NCBI RefSeq assembly: GCF_018350175.1
Contig: NC_058383.1
Location: 41,168,001 to 41,232,000, forward strand
DNA: 64,000 bases
Direction of reading: 5' to 3'
Origin: Felis catus
Lineage: Eukaryota
Made by a program: the position numbers and the translations under genes. The notes below the pieces were generated by a model, which ran no database searches, was not told the DNA's origin, and worked only from the letters and a program-made list of their open reading frames with translations. This document shows, one piece after another, positions 37,768 through 52,063 of this stretch (its first letter is position 1; each line of letters starts with the position of its first letter).

Positions 37768-37982
37768 TTTATATACACAGAGCCGGGGTGGGGGCCAGGC
37801 TGTGGCCATTGGTCTGGAGAGGGGAGAGGGCTGTGGGGGTGGGGTCTCTTATCAGGCCCAGCGAGGATGGGTGGTCACCAGTCCCTGGTGGGACTGGTGG
37901 GGTGAGGGGCTATCACTCCACCCTCCCCTTCGGCCTTAGAGGGGATGTTGGCCACAGCCTGACCAGAGTCCTGGAGAGATAG
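37768..37982 (-). promoter_or_regulatory. Zeta promoter (5' copy): TATA, CCAAT, CACCC, three GATA sites, two TGACCA motifs
   Basis: tttatata 37768, attgg 37808, ttatca 37849, ctatca 37910, agatag 37977; tggtca 37872, tgacca 37960. Confidence 0.85.
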
Positions 37983-38389
37983 GGGCCCAGCCAGCCCAGG
38001 AGGCCATGCCTGGGTTTATAGCCCAGCTCTGACCATCCTCTTGCACTTCAGAGTCACAGAATGGGGCAAACCAGAGCGTTAGCTCAACACACTGTCCTTG
38101 GGCTGGAGCAGGCCCCATTTCTGCCTGCCGGGCTCCTTAGTGGGATTCTGTGGCTAGCCCAGCCTGGCCACGCGTCAGTCTCCTCTCCCTCTGGCTCTGC
38201 GATCCCTGGGTTGCCTCTGAGAAAGCAATGGTTTTGTCCACGTGTTGCTGAGGAGAGATGGACTGACCCCCTCTGAAGAGCTGGATGAAGTATCAGATTA
38301 ATAAAAGAGAATTCTTGTAATCTGTGCTCATAGGGGTTGCCGTCCTGCTCACCATATCATCGTTGTGACATAATGAGGCAAATAGTTGT

Positions 38390-41300
38390 TTACGCTTTAT
38401 TTTAACGTCAAACAAAATTGACTTTTTTTAGTATACTGCTCTGTGAGTTTTGACATGCGTAAGTTCATTCAACCCCCGCCACAATCGGGACACACAACAG
38501 CTCTATCCCCCCCGCAAGAAACTCCCACATGCTGGGGGCCTTTGCCATCTCACCCGCCTTACACCTGAACTCTATAATTTTGTCTTTTCAAGAATAACAT
38601 ATGATCGAAGTCTATAGCGCGTTATCTCTTAGGACTGGCTTCTCTTAGACAGCGTGATACCCTTTATACCTCTCCGTGTTGTTACGTGTGCCAATAGTTC
38701 TATTTATCGCTGAGTCATGCTGTGTGGAATGAACCTGTCACAGTGTGTGCGTTCCTTCGCTTAACAAGAGTTTTCCCACTTTGGGACTACTGCTAAAGCT
38801 GCCACGAACGTTGTGCGTAGGTGTTCATGTGAGTGCAAGTTTTCATTTCTCTAGGGGATCCTTTTTCTAGGAGAGGACTGTTGGCTCATGTGCTACGTGT
38901 GTGTTTCTAAGAAACTGCGAACCTTTTCTAGGGTGGCCCGTACCATTTTGCATTGCGGTCGGCCGTGCAGGACGTTCTGGTCGCCACGTGTCGCTGCTGG
39001 CCTCTTTACACTGCAGTCGTTCTGACGGGCGTGCGAGGGTGTGGTGGTGTGCCTTTACTCCTCATTTCCCCCGAGAACCAGCGACGTGAGGGTCTTCTCA
39101 TGTGCTTCTCTGCCATCCGTACGTCTTCTTGGTGAAATATCTGTTCTGCTCTTCTGCCCATTTTTACAATAAGCTGTTTGTTTCTTACCGGCGAGCTCTG
39201 AGACACACTCTGTAGACATTTGCAGACACGCTGGGTGCAGTCTTTTGTCGGATGCGTGACTAGTGCATATCGTCTCCTAGTCTGTATCTTGTCACTTCAG
39301 CCTCTCGATAATGCCGCGTGCAGAGCCAAAGTTTTGATTTTGATCGAGTTCAGGTTACCAAGTTTTCCTTTTATGATTCATGCCTTTAGTGCCACCCCTG
39401 AGAGCACTGTGTCTCATTCCAGGCCACAACGATTTCGTCAGTGATTTCTTATCAAAGTTAATAGTGTATATTTCATGTTTGGATCAGTGATACGTTTGGA
39501 GATAAGTTTTTGTGTATGGGTTAGTTTTTGTTCGTTTCTTTTGGTTTGGTTTGCCTCTGAGTTGTTGCCACACCATTTATTGAAAAGACCGTACATCCCC
39601 TACTGGATTTCCTTCTCATAATCCTTTGTGAGAAATAAATCTGCTGTATTTTTCAGGTCTATTTCTGGACTCTATATTCTGTTGCATTTATCTGTGTGTC
39701 TATCCTTCACCAAAACCATACTATCTTGATTACTGTTGCTTTATGTTAAGTCTTTTTCTTAAAAGATTTTTTTTATTCTTTAATATTTTTTAAAAGTTTA
39801 TTTTACTTATTTTGAGAGAGATAGAGAGCATTGGAGGCAGAGAGAGAGAGAGAGACAGAGACAGAGAATCCTCACCAGGCTCCACACTGTCAGCATGGAG
39901 CCCGATGTGGCGCTTGAACTCAAGAAATGTGAGATAGAGACCTGACCAGAAAGCAGGAGTCGGTTGCTTAACTGGCTGAGCCACCCAGGTGTCCCAGTTT
40001 GTGTTAAGTCTTGAAATTAGATACTTGCCAAAGAATAAGAGAAATACTGCAAACCACGTGTCTGATAAGACACTGGTCCAAAATATTTTTTAAAAATCAT
40101 ACAATTCAACAATAAAAAGATAAAAGAATTTTTAATAGACATTTCTCTAAGGTATACAAATGATCAGTAAGTTCACGAAAGATGCTCAACATCATTACTC
40201 ATGAGGGAGATGCAAATCAAAACCAAAAACAGGTTCCACTTCACACCCCTGAGGATGGCTATGATCAGAAAGACGAAATGCCAAGTGTGGACTAGGATGT
40301 GGAATTGGGATCTTTACGTGCTGTTGGTAAGAATGTTCCCACATGACCAAACTGACTCTTCTACTCTGAGGTACATCCCCAAGAGAAATGAAAACATAAG
40401 ATCACACAAGAGCTTGTATGTTCATAGCAACATCATTCGTAGTAGCCAAAAAGTGGCTCAGTTGGCTCCTGGGTGGCTCAGTCGGTTAGGTGACTGACTT
40501 CGGATTGGGTCATGATCTCGCAGTTTGTGGGTTCGGGCCCCGCGTCGGGCTCTGTGCTGACAGCTCAGAGCCTGGAGCCTGCTTCAGATTCTGTGTCTCC
40601 CACTCTCTCTACCCCTCCCCTAGGGGCTCACACTCTGTGTCTCTGTGTCTGTCTCTCAGTAATAAATAAACGTTAAGAAAATTTTTTTAAAGTGTGAACG
40701 ACCCAAATGTCCATCAGCTGATGTGGGATAATCCACGCAAAGAAATAGTGTTCAGTCACAAAAGGGAATGAAGTACCGCTACGTGAACGAATCTTGAAAA
40801 CACACAAGTTGTATGATTCCATTCATATGAAATGTCCAGAACAGGGATATCGATAGAGAAGGAAAGTAGCTTAGGTAGTTTAGACACGGGGAGTTGGAGG
40901 GTGTGGCTGCTAGGGTATGGAGTTTCTTTGGGGGTGATGAAAACATTCCAACATAGGAGCGCCTGGGTGGTTCGGTCGGTTAAATGTCTGACTTCGGCTC
41001 AGGTCATGATCTCACGGTTCGTGGATTCAAGCCCCGCGTGGGACTCTGTGCTGACAGCTCGGAGCCTGGGGCTGCTTCGGATTCTGTGTCTCCCTCTCTC
41101 TGCCCCTCCCCTGCTCATGCTCTGTCTCTCTCTCTCACTCTCTCAAAAATAAATCAGCATTAAAAAAATAATAAAATAAAATAGATCGTGGTAATGGTTG
41201 TATAACTCCCTGAATCTAAAAACGCATGCTTTAAATAAGTGAAGTGCCTGCTGCGTAACTTGTACCTCGTTACAGCTGTGAAAGGGTCGCGTAATGTCAC

Positions 41301-41440
41301 TCCTCCCACTTTATCCTTCATTTCCAAAATGGTGTTAGTTATTCTAGTTCCTTTGCCTTTCCATATGAATTTTAGAGGCAGCCAAAGAGGTATCCGGACA
41401 AAATCCTGCTGGACTTTTTTTATAGAATCAGAAACTCCTG
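38390..41440. mobile_element. Nested old LINE-1s: - strand L1 (about 38390-40022, resuming about 41286-41440) hosting a + strand L1 fragment (about 40025-41283), plus three Can-SINEs
   Basis: L1 ORF2-end motifs (MREMQIKT..RFHFTP) on +; caccatttattgaaaagac, tcttgattactgt, ttgcctttccatatgaattttaga on -. Confidence 0.7.
40178..40948 (+). repeat. Left arm of long inverted repeat (pairs with 47533-48358)
   Basis: 40368-40948 is the reverse complement of 47533-48113 with 2 mismatches; 40178-40367 matches with an approximately 57-bp indel and several substitutions. Confidence 0.95.
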
Positions 41441-44400
41441 TGTAGGGAGTTTTCGTCACGGATGTTTTGCGAAACTATTCTTAGAGAAAATTTGGCTTGG
41501 ACGAGCCCTTTGAAATGGAAAACACGTACGCCAGGCACCGTGCTGCCGTTTTATTCATGTCGCGGTGCTCATTTCTTCTATACCTGAGATGTGAGATGGT
41601 GAGAGAGTCGGGGGTTGAGGGTGGGAGCAGCATCTGATGGATGCCCCGTCAGCCCTGCAGACAAGGTAAGGCTCTCTCCCTGCGTGTGTCCCGGAGGGAG
41701 AGTCTGCCTTCCCAGACTGAAGTGTGGCCTTCTCCTTCCTGGTCTCTCCTTTATTTACATTTCACAGCTGTCCCCCCCCCCTTTTTTTTTTAAATTAAGT
41801 TTATTTGTTTTGATAGAGAGAGACAGAAAGGGAGAGAGAGAGTCCCAAGCAGGCTCCTTGCTGTCAGCGTGGAGCCCCACAATGGGCTGGAACTCACGAA
41901 TTGTGACATCATGACCTGAGTGGAAACCAAGAGTCGGATGCTCAACAGACTGAGCCACCCAGACGTCCCAGCTGCCCCTTCTTTTTACGAGACGGTGTTC
42001 CCCTGTCCTAGGGGTGTGCCCACCGTCCCTTGGCTTTGTGATTGTTTGCTAACTGTCCTGAGAAGTGATGCTGCCAACCCCAGGGGGCCCCAGGATGTTT
42101 GCCTGGAGTGTGGCTGTGCCTCTCTGGGTTCATCCGAGACTGAGATGAGCCCAGCCATCCTTGGTCTTCACTTGCTGTCTCTTGATTCGGAAGGAAAGTC
42201 CAGCACCACCTCAGGCTCGCAGGCCTATATGAGGGTGTGTAAGGGTGTGTAAGGCTGTGCTGCTCCTTCCGGTTTCTAGAAAGGAGAGGCAGGGAGAGGC
42301 AGCGGGAGAGACGGAGGTGGACAGACAGACTGACAAACAAAAGAGAATGTGTGAGTGAGAAGAGGCTGAGGGTCAGAGGGAAGGTCAGGCAGAGGTAGGT
42401 AATCTGGAGTCCCCGGGGTGAAGCACAGAGAGGTGTCAGTGAGGAACGTGCCTGGGAGAATCCCTCCAGCTGTGGCGTCTGGGGAAACTGTGGCCAGAAG
42501 ACCCTGGGGGGCTGCCCTGTCCCCTAACAGCAGGTAATGACCATGGATTCCAGGATCCCACTCCCAGGCAGCTGTCTCCCCTACGGCGGATGATCCTCAC
42601 CTCCCTTCGGTCCTCCAGGGCCTCCTCTTTCCACCCTGGCAGAACCCCCACCCCATCCTTCGCCTCTGCAAGGAGAGGGAGCCACAGGAGGCCTCTTTGT
42701 TCCTGAAACTTCCAAGCCCCACAAACCATCGTTGTGAGCAAACGTCCCATTCTCTTTTCCTTTTTTTCATTGTGAACTATAGCACAGGGCACACAGTGGA
42801 GCTTCATGAGTTGTTATAAAGCAGATACCGAGCGCCCCAATCCTCCTGAAAGGTGATCCCACCCTGACTTACCCTCTCGCTTCTCACTTTTTACCGCCCA
42901 AACATGCACCCTTCAGCACTTCAGTTGTTTCTGCCTGCCTTTGGCCTTCGGATACATGGAACAATACCACATGCCCTCTTTCACGTCTGCCTTCTTTCAC
43001 CCGTGTCTGTGAGAGGCCAGCCACATCGTGGGGAGTACCTTTTCATCGCTGTGCTGTATCTCCTTGTAGGAACAGACCTCAGGTCATCCACTGTGCTGGG
43101 GGTGGATGTTGCTTGTTAGGTCTTGGCTGTTAGGAATAACGCCATGAACATTCTTGCACGTGTCACTGGATGGCCATGTGCCTGCACTTCTATGGGGTAC
43201 GTTCCCAGGATTGCTGGTTCTAGGGGCATGCGTATTTTTAGCTTTAGGGGATAATGCCAGACTTCTCTCCAGGTAGCTGTACCACCTCACAGCCTTGCCA
43301 GCGGTGCATGGGCTACCCTTCCAAGCATTTCCTGTGGTTGGTCTGCCGCTCTCCTTAGCTTTTGGCTTTTCTGATGGGTATGTAGTAGTGTCTCATGTGG
43401 TCTTAATTTGCATTTTCCTGGTGACCGGTGAGGTTGGGCCCCTGTTCACACATTTGCAGTTCAATTGAATTTCCTCTTCAAAAAAAAAATTTTTTTTTTT
43501 AATTTGAGTGTAGTTGACACACAATATTGCATTAGTTCCAGGCATAAGATTTCCCTGTTTTTGTTTTGTTTTGTTTTGTTTTTTGCAGTATCCAACTCAT
43601 GCCTGTTTGTCTACTGTGTTGCTAGTTTTACTGATTTATAGGAATTTAAAATATATTCTGGATGTAAGTTCCTGGTCAGTTTTCTGTCATTATCTTCCTC
43701 AACTCTGCTGTTTGCCTCCACTCTCTTAATACTGTTCTTGGTTGAACAGAAGTGTATCATTTAGTTATTTAGTTAGCAGTCAAATTTCGTTATTTTTTGG
43801 TCCTATTTAAAAATGCTGGGGGCACCTGGGTGGCTCAGTCGATTGGGTGGCAGACCCACTCAGGTCATGATCTCACAGCTCCTGAGTTCGAACCCCACAT
43901 CGGGCTCTGTGCTGTCAGCTCAGATCCTGGAGCCTGCTCCAGATTCTATATCTTCCCCCTCTCTCTGCCCCTTTCCTGTTTAGGNNNNNNNNNNNNNNNN
44001 NNNNNNNNNNNNNNNNNNNNNNNNNNNNNNNNNNNNNNNNNNNNNNNNNNNNNNNNNNNNNNNNNNNNNNNNNNNNNNNNNNNNNNNNNNNNNNNNNNNN
44101 NNNNNNNNNNNNNNNNNNNNNNNNNNNNNNNNNNNNNNNTGAGTGGCTCAGTCACTTAAGCATCTGACTCTTGATGTCGGCTTGGGTCATGATCTCACGG
44201 TTTGTGAGTCCAAGCCCCATGTTGGGCTCCCCGGCTGACGGTGCAGAGCCTTCTTGGGATTCTCTCTCGCCCTCTCTCTCTCTCTCTCTGCCCCTCCCTT
44301 CCTCATGCTCTCACCCTCTGCCTTTCAAAAGAAATGAATTCGGGGTGCCTGGCTAGCTCAGTCAGTTAGGCATCTGACTTCAGCACCACGACCTTGCGGT

Positions 44401-44459
44401 TGGTGAGTTTGAGCCCCAAATCGTGCTCTCTGCTGTCAGTGCAGAGCCAGCTTCGGATC

Positions 44460-44498
<39 letters not shown>

Positions 44499-45949
44499 GG
44501 TGGGTGTCCCTTCCCCACTCATGTGCTCTATTTCAAAATTAAATAAACAAACTTTTAAAAAAATGTACCTTTCGGGGTACCTAGGTGGCTCAGTCGGTTA
44601 AGTGTCCAACTCAGGTCATGTTCAGTGTTCAGCTGAACACTGTTAAGTGTTCAGCTCAGGTCATGATCTCACGGTTCATGAGTTCGAGCCCCAAATTGGT
44701 CTCTGTGCTCACAGTGTGGAGCCTGCTTGAGATTCTCTCTCTCTCCCTCTCTCTCTCTCTGCCCCTCCCTGGCTCGTGCTTTCTCTCTCTCCCTCAAAAT
44801 AAATAAACTTAAAATAGAAGAGAGATTCTCTTGTAAAAGAAAAATGTTGTATCTTTCTATTTAGAAAAGCCAAGTGTCCATCAATGGATGAATGGGTAAA
44901 CGAATTCTGGTATTTCCATTCGATGAGATATTACTCAGCCATAAAAATGAGGCACTGACACCTGCTACAAGTGGGTGAACCTTGAAAACATGATAGTCAG
45001 TGAAAAGCCAAACAGCAAAGACCACACACTGTGTGATTCCATCCGCGTGGAATGCCAGGAAAGCAGATGAGCGGGTGCCAGGGGCTGGGGGGGGGGGGGG
45101 GCAATTCATAAAGGGTACTAAGTTTCCTTTTGGGATAATGGAAATACTCCAGAACCAGATAGTGATGATGGTCGCATGCCGTTGTGGACATACAAAATGG
45201 CACCAAATTGTTCACTGTGAAGTGGTTAATTTTGCATTTTGTGAATTTTGCTCCAGTTTTCTACAAACTGAAATAAGTGTTGGGCCAAGGTGAAGAGAAA
45301 CTTCCGTGCTAGCTTTCTAAGAACTTCACCATTTAGTCTTTTAGGTCAGGCAACAGTCGACCTGGGACATGAGAAGTGCCGTGGTTCTCACTGACATTGA
45401 TCACCTGCCTTCTGCATTCTGGATACAGCACCAAACACTCTCCATGTGTGTTTGCCCTCACAGGTCTCTGTGGGAGAAGCTTTCTTTTATTATCGTTACA
45501 TGTTTTAAGATAAGGAAATCGAGGCACAGGAGAGTTACGAAATGTTAAAGTTTCAGTGAAGGAGGGAAACACCCCAGTGGGTAGACGAGACCTAAGTTTT
45601 GTGCGGGCCAGACTGCAGGCTCTTTGGGGCTCAGGCAAGTCTCTTCTGTCTCTGGGCCTCGGTTCCCCTGCCTGTGACACAAGGAGCCCGAGCTTGGGCA
45701 GTGCTCCTGCTGGACGCTGAGACCTGCTGGAATTGGCTGAACTCCAAGCCCTGGGCTCACTCAGAGCTTGTATAGTTGGGGCTGAGCTCAGAGGATCCTG
45801 GTCACTCAGCAGAAGGCCGCGATGGGGTCCACAGACCCTTCCCGAGAGTAGCCCCTGGCTGGCCCTGAGCAGGGTAATTAACCTTGTAAACCCCAGTTCT
45901 ACATTTGCAACCTCTCAGGTGGGGTATGAATAGCCCCCACCTCACTGCT

Positions 45950-46180
45950 AGGAGGGATAATCTGTCACCATAGGACCGCAGAACGCGGCAGCGTGAATTC
46001 AAGGTTATCGTAGCTACTACTGTGAGTGGGTGATTCTTTCTGGGCAGGAACACTGCTGCCGAGAAGGTAGAGGCGTCGAGGCGGGTCCGAGATAGGGTGT
46101 GTGAGCCCTGCCTGGCTCTCTGACAGACAGTGGCGGCTCCACTGGGCCCAGAACAAGTGGCAGGACTGATAAGGCCTCCT
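45950..46180. promoter_or_regulatory. Candidate erythroid enhancer MCS-R4 (HS-10 equivalent)
   Basis: GATA cluster in non-repeat DNA: ggataa 45955, ttatcg 46005, AGATAG 46090 abutting GGGTGTG (CACACCC), TGATAA 46167; lies about 8.4 kb upstream of zeta and about 3.3 kb from the NPRL3 promoter, where R4 is expected by synteny. Confidence 0.55.
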
Positions 46181-46283
46181 GGCCCTGGCCAGAGGGGACC
46201 CAGGTTGGGTGTACGGGTTTGGAATTTTCATTTCCAAGAATCGAGTTGTCTTCAAAAATTAGGTTACTAAACAGAATTATTTA

Positions 46284-46521
46284 TTTATTTATTTATTTAT
46301 TTAAAAAAAATTTTTTTTCAACGTTTATTTATTTTTGGGACAGAGAGAGACAGAGCATGAACGGGGGAGGGGCAGAGAGAGAGGGAGACACAGAATCGGA
46401 AACAGGCTCCAGTCTCTGAGCCATCAGCCCAGAGCCTGACGCGGGGCTCGAACTCACGGACCGCGAGATCATGACCTGGCTGAAGTTGGACACTTAACCG
46501 ACTGCGCCACCCAGGCGCCCC
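46284..46521 (-). mobile_element. Young SINEC_Fc with 16-bp TSD
   Basis: taaacagaattattta on both sides; intact body and (TAAA)n tail. Confidence 0.9.
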
Positions 46522-47405
46522 TAAACAGAATTATTTAAATGTATAATGAGGGCACAGAGGTGTGGGGTGTTAGCAGGGAAGAGTTGGAAGATGTGAGCAA
46601 AGGTTGGCCCTGGGCACATCATTGTCCAGGAAACTGTGAGGGCTTTGAGGTAGGACCACACTTAGAGACCACCTGCTCCCAATCCTGTTGCAGGTGCGGA
46701 GGCCCAAAGCAGGGCCAGCCTACCCCCAGGTCCCTCCAGCTGCTGGCACCTGCCAGATTGTCCAGGAAGTGACAGTGAGCTCTGATTTCTGTAACAGCCC
46801 AATAAGGCAGGCCAGTGTGGACTCTGAGATGCTGCCAGTGAGGGTGGTGTGCGATTCGGACCTCTGCTCTCTCCAGTCCAGCCCTGGATAGCCTTGCACC
46901 CGAGCCCTGCTAGGGCAGCCTGGGAAGGCATCCATGCAGGACCTCTGTGGCCTGGGTCCTAGTGGTCCCCCTTTACCTTTCATGGATCCCAGTACTCATT
47001 ACTTGATAAGATACTAACTATATAGCCAGAAAAATAAACAACAAATGCTCTTGTGAAAGCTGCTAGCAGGAAGCAGGCCCCGAGGGGGTGATTGGAGAAG
47101 GGTAGTTTCCTCCAAATCTGGGACTTCCCCCAGAGTTCTGGGGTCAAGAGACTGCCCAATGGGGGCAGCAACACGGCCAGGGAAATTGGAGGAAGGGGGC
47201 CTGTGACAGAGTCCTAGACCTCACATGTGAGTACTGGGCAGAGTCCAAGGACCCCTGTGGACAGGCCCCCATGACCACAGCTGGCCACTCCCCCAGACAC
47301 AAATCCCTTCCCTTTCCTTAGTCTCACCTCCTGCTTCTGTGCCCTTATTCCCATTTCAGGGCCATTCCTGGGAACTGTGAGAGAACTCAGAAGCCTTTTT
47401 TTTTT

Positions 47406-47461
<56 letters not shown>

Positions 47462-47532
47462 CTGTGAGCAGGAGAGGTGTGCAGTTTTCGTATATTCAGA
47501 GGATTGTGCAACCATTACCACAATCAATTTTA

Positions 47533-48358
47533 GAATGTTTTCATCACCCCCAAAGAAACTCCATACCCTAGCAGCCACACCCTCCAACTCCCCGTGTCTA
47601 AACTACCTAAGCTACTTTCCTTCTCTATCGATATCCCTGTTCTGGACATTTCATATGAATGGAATCATACAACTTGTGTGTTTTCAAGATTCGTTCACGT
47701 AGCGGTACTTCATTCCCTTTTGTGACTGAACACTATTTCTTTGCGTGGATTATCCCACATCAGCTGATGGACATTTGGGTCGTTCGCACTTTAAAAAAAT
47801 TTTCTTAACGTTTATTTATTACTGAGAGACAGACACAGAGACACAGAGCGTGAGCCCCTAGGGGAGGGGTAGAGAGAGTGGGAGACACAGAATCTGAAGC
47901 AGGCTCCAGGCTCTGAGCTGTCAGCACAGAGCCCGACGCGGGGCCCGAACCCACAAACTGCGAGATCATGACCCAATCCGAAGTCAGTCACCTAACCGAC
48001 TGAGCCACCCAGGAGCCAACTGAGCCACTTTTTGGCTACTACGAATGATGTTGCTATGAACATACAAGCTCTTGTGTGATCTTATGTTTTCATTTCTCTT
48101 GGGGATGTACCTCGGAGTAGAAGTTAGTTCAGTCATGCGGGAACCCCAGGTTCAACCTTTTGAGGAACTTCCTGTTTTCCACCGTGGCTGCACCATTTTA
48201 CATTCTTACCAACAGCACGTAAAGATCCCAATTCCACATCCTGGTCCACACTTGGCATTTCGTCTTTCTGATCATAGCCATCCTCGGGGGTGTGAAGTGG
48301 AACCTGTTTTTGGTTTTGATTTGCATTTCCCTCATGAGTAATGATGTTGAGCATCTTT
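47533..48358 (-). repeat. Right arm of long inverted repeat, inside a - strand old L1 (about 47480-48870)
   Basis: Reverse complement of 40178-40948, including the same embedded Can-SINE. Confidence 0.95.
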
Positions 48359-49199
48359 TCATGAATTCACTGGCCATTTTTCTGTATTCTTTGGATAAAT
48401 GTCCTTTCACATCCTTTGCCCATTTTTCTTAAGTTTATTTAATTTTAGTAATATCTACACCCAGCATGGGTCTCAAACTCAGGACTCTGGAGATCAAGTC
48501 ACACACTACCTGCTGAGCCAGCCGGGCACCTCTCTGCCCATTTTTCAGTTGGTTGTCTTTATTTTGAGTTGTAAGTTTTTGTTTTGTTTTGTTTTGTTTT
48601 TTTAACATTCTGGATACAATTCCCTTATATGATTTGCAAATATTTTCTCTCATTCTGTGGGTGCTCTTTTTACTTTCTTTGGTGGTGCTCCTTGAGGCAT
48701 AAACGTTTTTAATTTGCTAACTCCAATTAATTTTTTCTTTAGCCACTTGTGCATTTGGTGTCTTATCTAAGAAACCCTTGCCTAGTCCAAGGACAAGAGG
48801 GTTTACTCCTATGTTTTCTGGTAAGAGTTTTATGCTGTTAGCTCTCAACTTAGGTCTATGATCCTTGTGAGAGATTTTTTTACTTTCTGACGTTACTACT
48901 TTATGTTTTAAGTCTGAACTTTCTGTCCAAAGCAAGTGTTAGAGTGAAGAAAGCAACATTTTAGGGGCCTGGGTGGCTCAATCCGTTGAGCATCCGACTC
49001 TAATTTAATCACTTCAGGTGTGGTCTCCCTGTGGTCCGAGGAGCCACTCTCAGCATAGAGCCTGCTTGGGAATTCTCTCTGCCTCCCTCTGCCCTTTTCC
49101 CCCTCACGTGCTCTCTCTGTCTCTCAAATTAAACAAACAAACATTAAAAAAAAAGAATGCAACATTTTGATACAGTCTGCTTGAACCCCAAAGGCACAC

Positions 49200-49980
<781 letters not shown>

Positions 49981-52063
49981 GTCGTTGACCTTTTTGTTTT
50001 CCTGATCATGTATTCAGTGCCTACTTATTAGAGTATTTGAAAAGTACGGAAGAGTAAAAGCAGAGAAAACTCACTCAGTTCAACATGCCAAAGGCATTAT
50101 TGCTAAAGTTCGTCAGTACCTCCAGCCTTTCGAGAATATGTAGAAGTACTGTATGAATGTATTCAGCTTGGAACAAACACGAAATGACAGGTACATCTGA
50201 AGTTTCCCCAGTTCTGTTCCTTCCCTATCGCAGGGATAACCACCTGCCATTTTGGCGGTTGTCCCTCCTGTACAGATATGTATGCAGAGAAAAACAGTGC
50301 CTTGTCTTGGGGATTTTCCCCCCGCATGAATACATTGTTCTGCAGTTGGTCTTTTTTCCATTAAACGATCTTCCTTGGAGCACTTTTCCAGTTTAAAAAG
50401 AGATCACCCTCACTCATAGAGCGGCACATAAGAACATAATAGACATTTAGGTTACTTGCAATTTTTCACTATCATGAATGTGCAGTTCCTGATTTATATT
50501 TTGTTTTAAGTTTACTTTTAAATTTGTTAACATGGTACACAGTTTTAAAGGTACAGAGGGGTATAGATGATGAAAAGAAAGTTCTTTCCCACCATCGATC
50601 CCTAGCCACTCATTTCCCCTTATAGGGGCAGCTGCTATTACCATTTTCCTGTGTATTTTTCCAGAACCTTCTGTGTGAATATAAGCATATACACACATTT
50701 TCTTTTCTTTGTTTTATTTATTTATTTTTTGTAGTAATCTCTAAACCCAATGTTGGGCTGGAACTCAGGACACCGAGATCGAGAGTCCCATGTTCTTCAG
50801 AGTGAACCAGCCAGGCGCACCTACACATTTTATTTTATTTTATTTTATTTTTATTTTTTTATTTTTTAAAGTTTATGTTATTTTATTTTTGAGAGAGAGG
50901 GACAGAGAGGGAGAGGGAGAATCCCAAGCAGGCTCTGCACTGTCAGCGTGGAGCCTGGTGTGGGGCTTGATCTCATGAACCATGAGATCATGACCTGAGC
51001 CGAAAGCAAGAGATGGGTGCTTAACTGACTCAGCCACCCGGATGCTCCTACATGTTGTATTTTCTAAGCAGAAGTGAACACACTGTGCACACTTTTCTGC
51101 CATGTTGTTTTCGTATTCACTTTACATCTTGGATTTAGGTTCAGAATGATCAGAATCATGGGATGAACACACTGTGATTTGTTCACTTAGGCCTCTGTTG
51201 ATAGGCTTTTGGCTAATACAAACAGTGTGAATGTCTTTTCTGTATACATTATCGTTTTTCAGAATATAGGGTCAATTCCCCACAGTGGGATGGTTGGATC
51301 TAGGGAAAAATGAACATACTGATCTTCAGTAGATCAGATTTTTCTGTCTTTGTTAGTGAGATGGGTGAAGTGTCTGATGGTGATTTACATGTGCGTTTGT
51401 CTTAATGACAGAGAGCATGTTTTCCTCTTTTCACAGCCATTTGGATTTCCTTTTTAGTGAATGACTTACTCATAACCTTTGCCTAATTTCATCTTGGGTT
51501 TATTTTTTCCTTATAGATTTGAAGGAGCTCTTTAAATATTTAGGATAAAATAGGCCTTTTTCTGCGACGTGAGGAAGGATGTGGGAACATGGGGCTGCAG
51601 AGTGGTTGCTTCAAGAGCCAGCATAATTGTCTCTTCTCTCAGTGACTGGTTCTGCTGCCTTTCTCGCATACTGAATTCCCTGTTTATTTTTGACCTTTCA
51701 TCTTTCCCAGCGATGTGGGTTCCACACTGCTGAATTACTGTAACTTTACACTGTGTTATACTTTCAGATAGGATTAGTCGCTTATCGTTACTTCTCTTTT
51801 TCAGCACTATCCTGGCTGTTCTTGCTTACTGTTCCCGGTGAGCATGAGTACTGAATATACTGGGCCCTTCTCCCAGACTGTTGGTGGTGTTGTGGGAATC
51901 GTGTCAAATGTATGGGTTAACTGCAAAAAAATGACATCTTTGTGTTGAGTCCCCCTACTCAAGAGCATAGCATGTTTGCTTTCATTCTTTTCTCACTTGC
52001 TAGCATTTCTGATTTCCTCATAGACCACTTGCCCGTAATGAACTTAAAAAAAATTTTTTTAGA

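Noticed and set aside
6445-44139. Four N runs (6445-6580, 14108-14253, 23783-23948, 43985-44139; 136-166 nt)
   Set aside because: All abut or lie within SINEs; these are assembly gaps or masking, not biology, and their content cannot be assessed.
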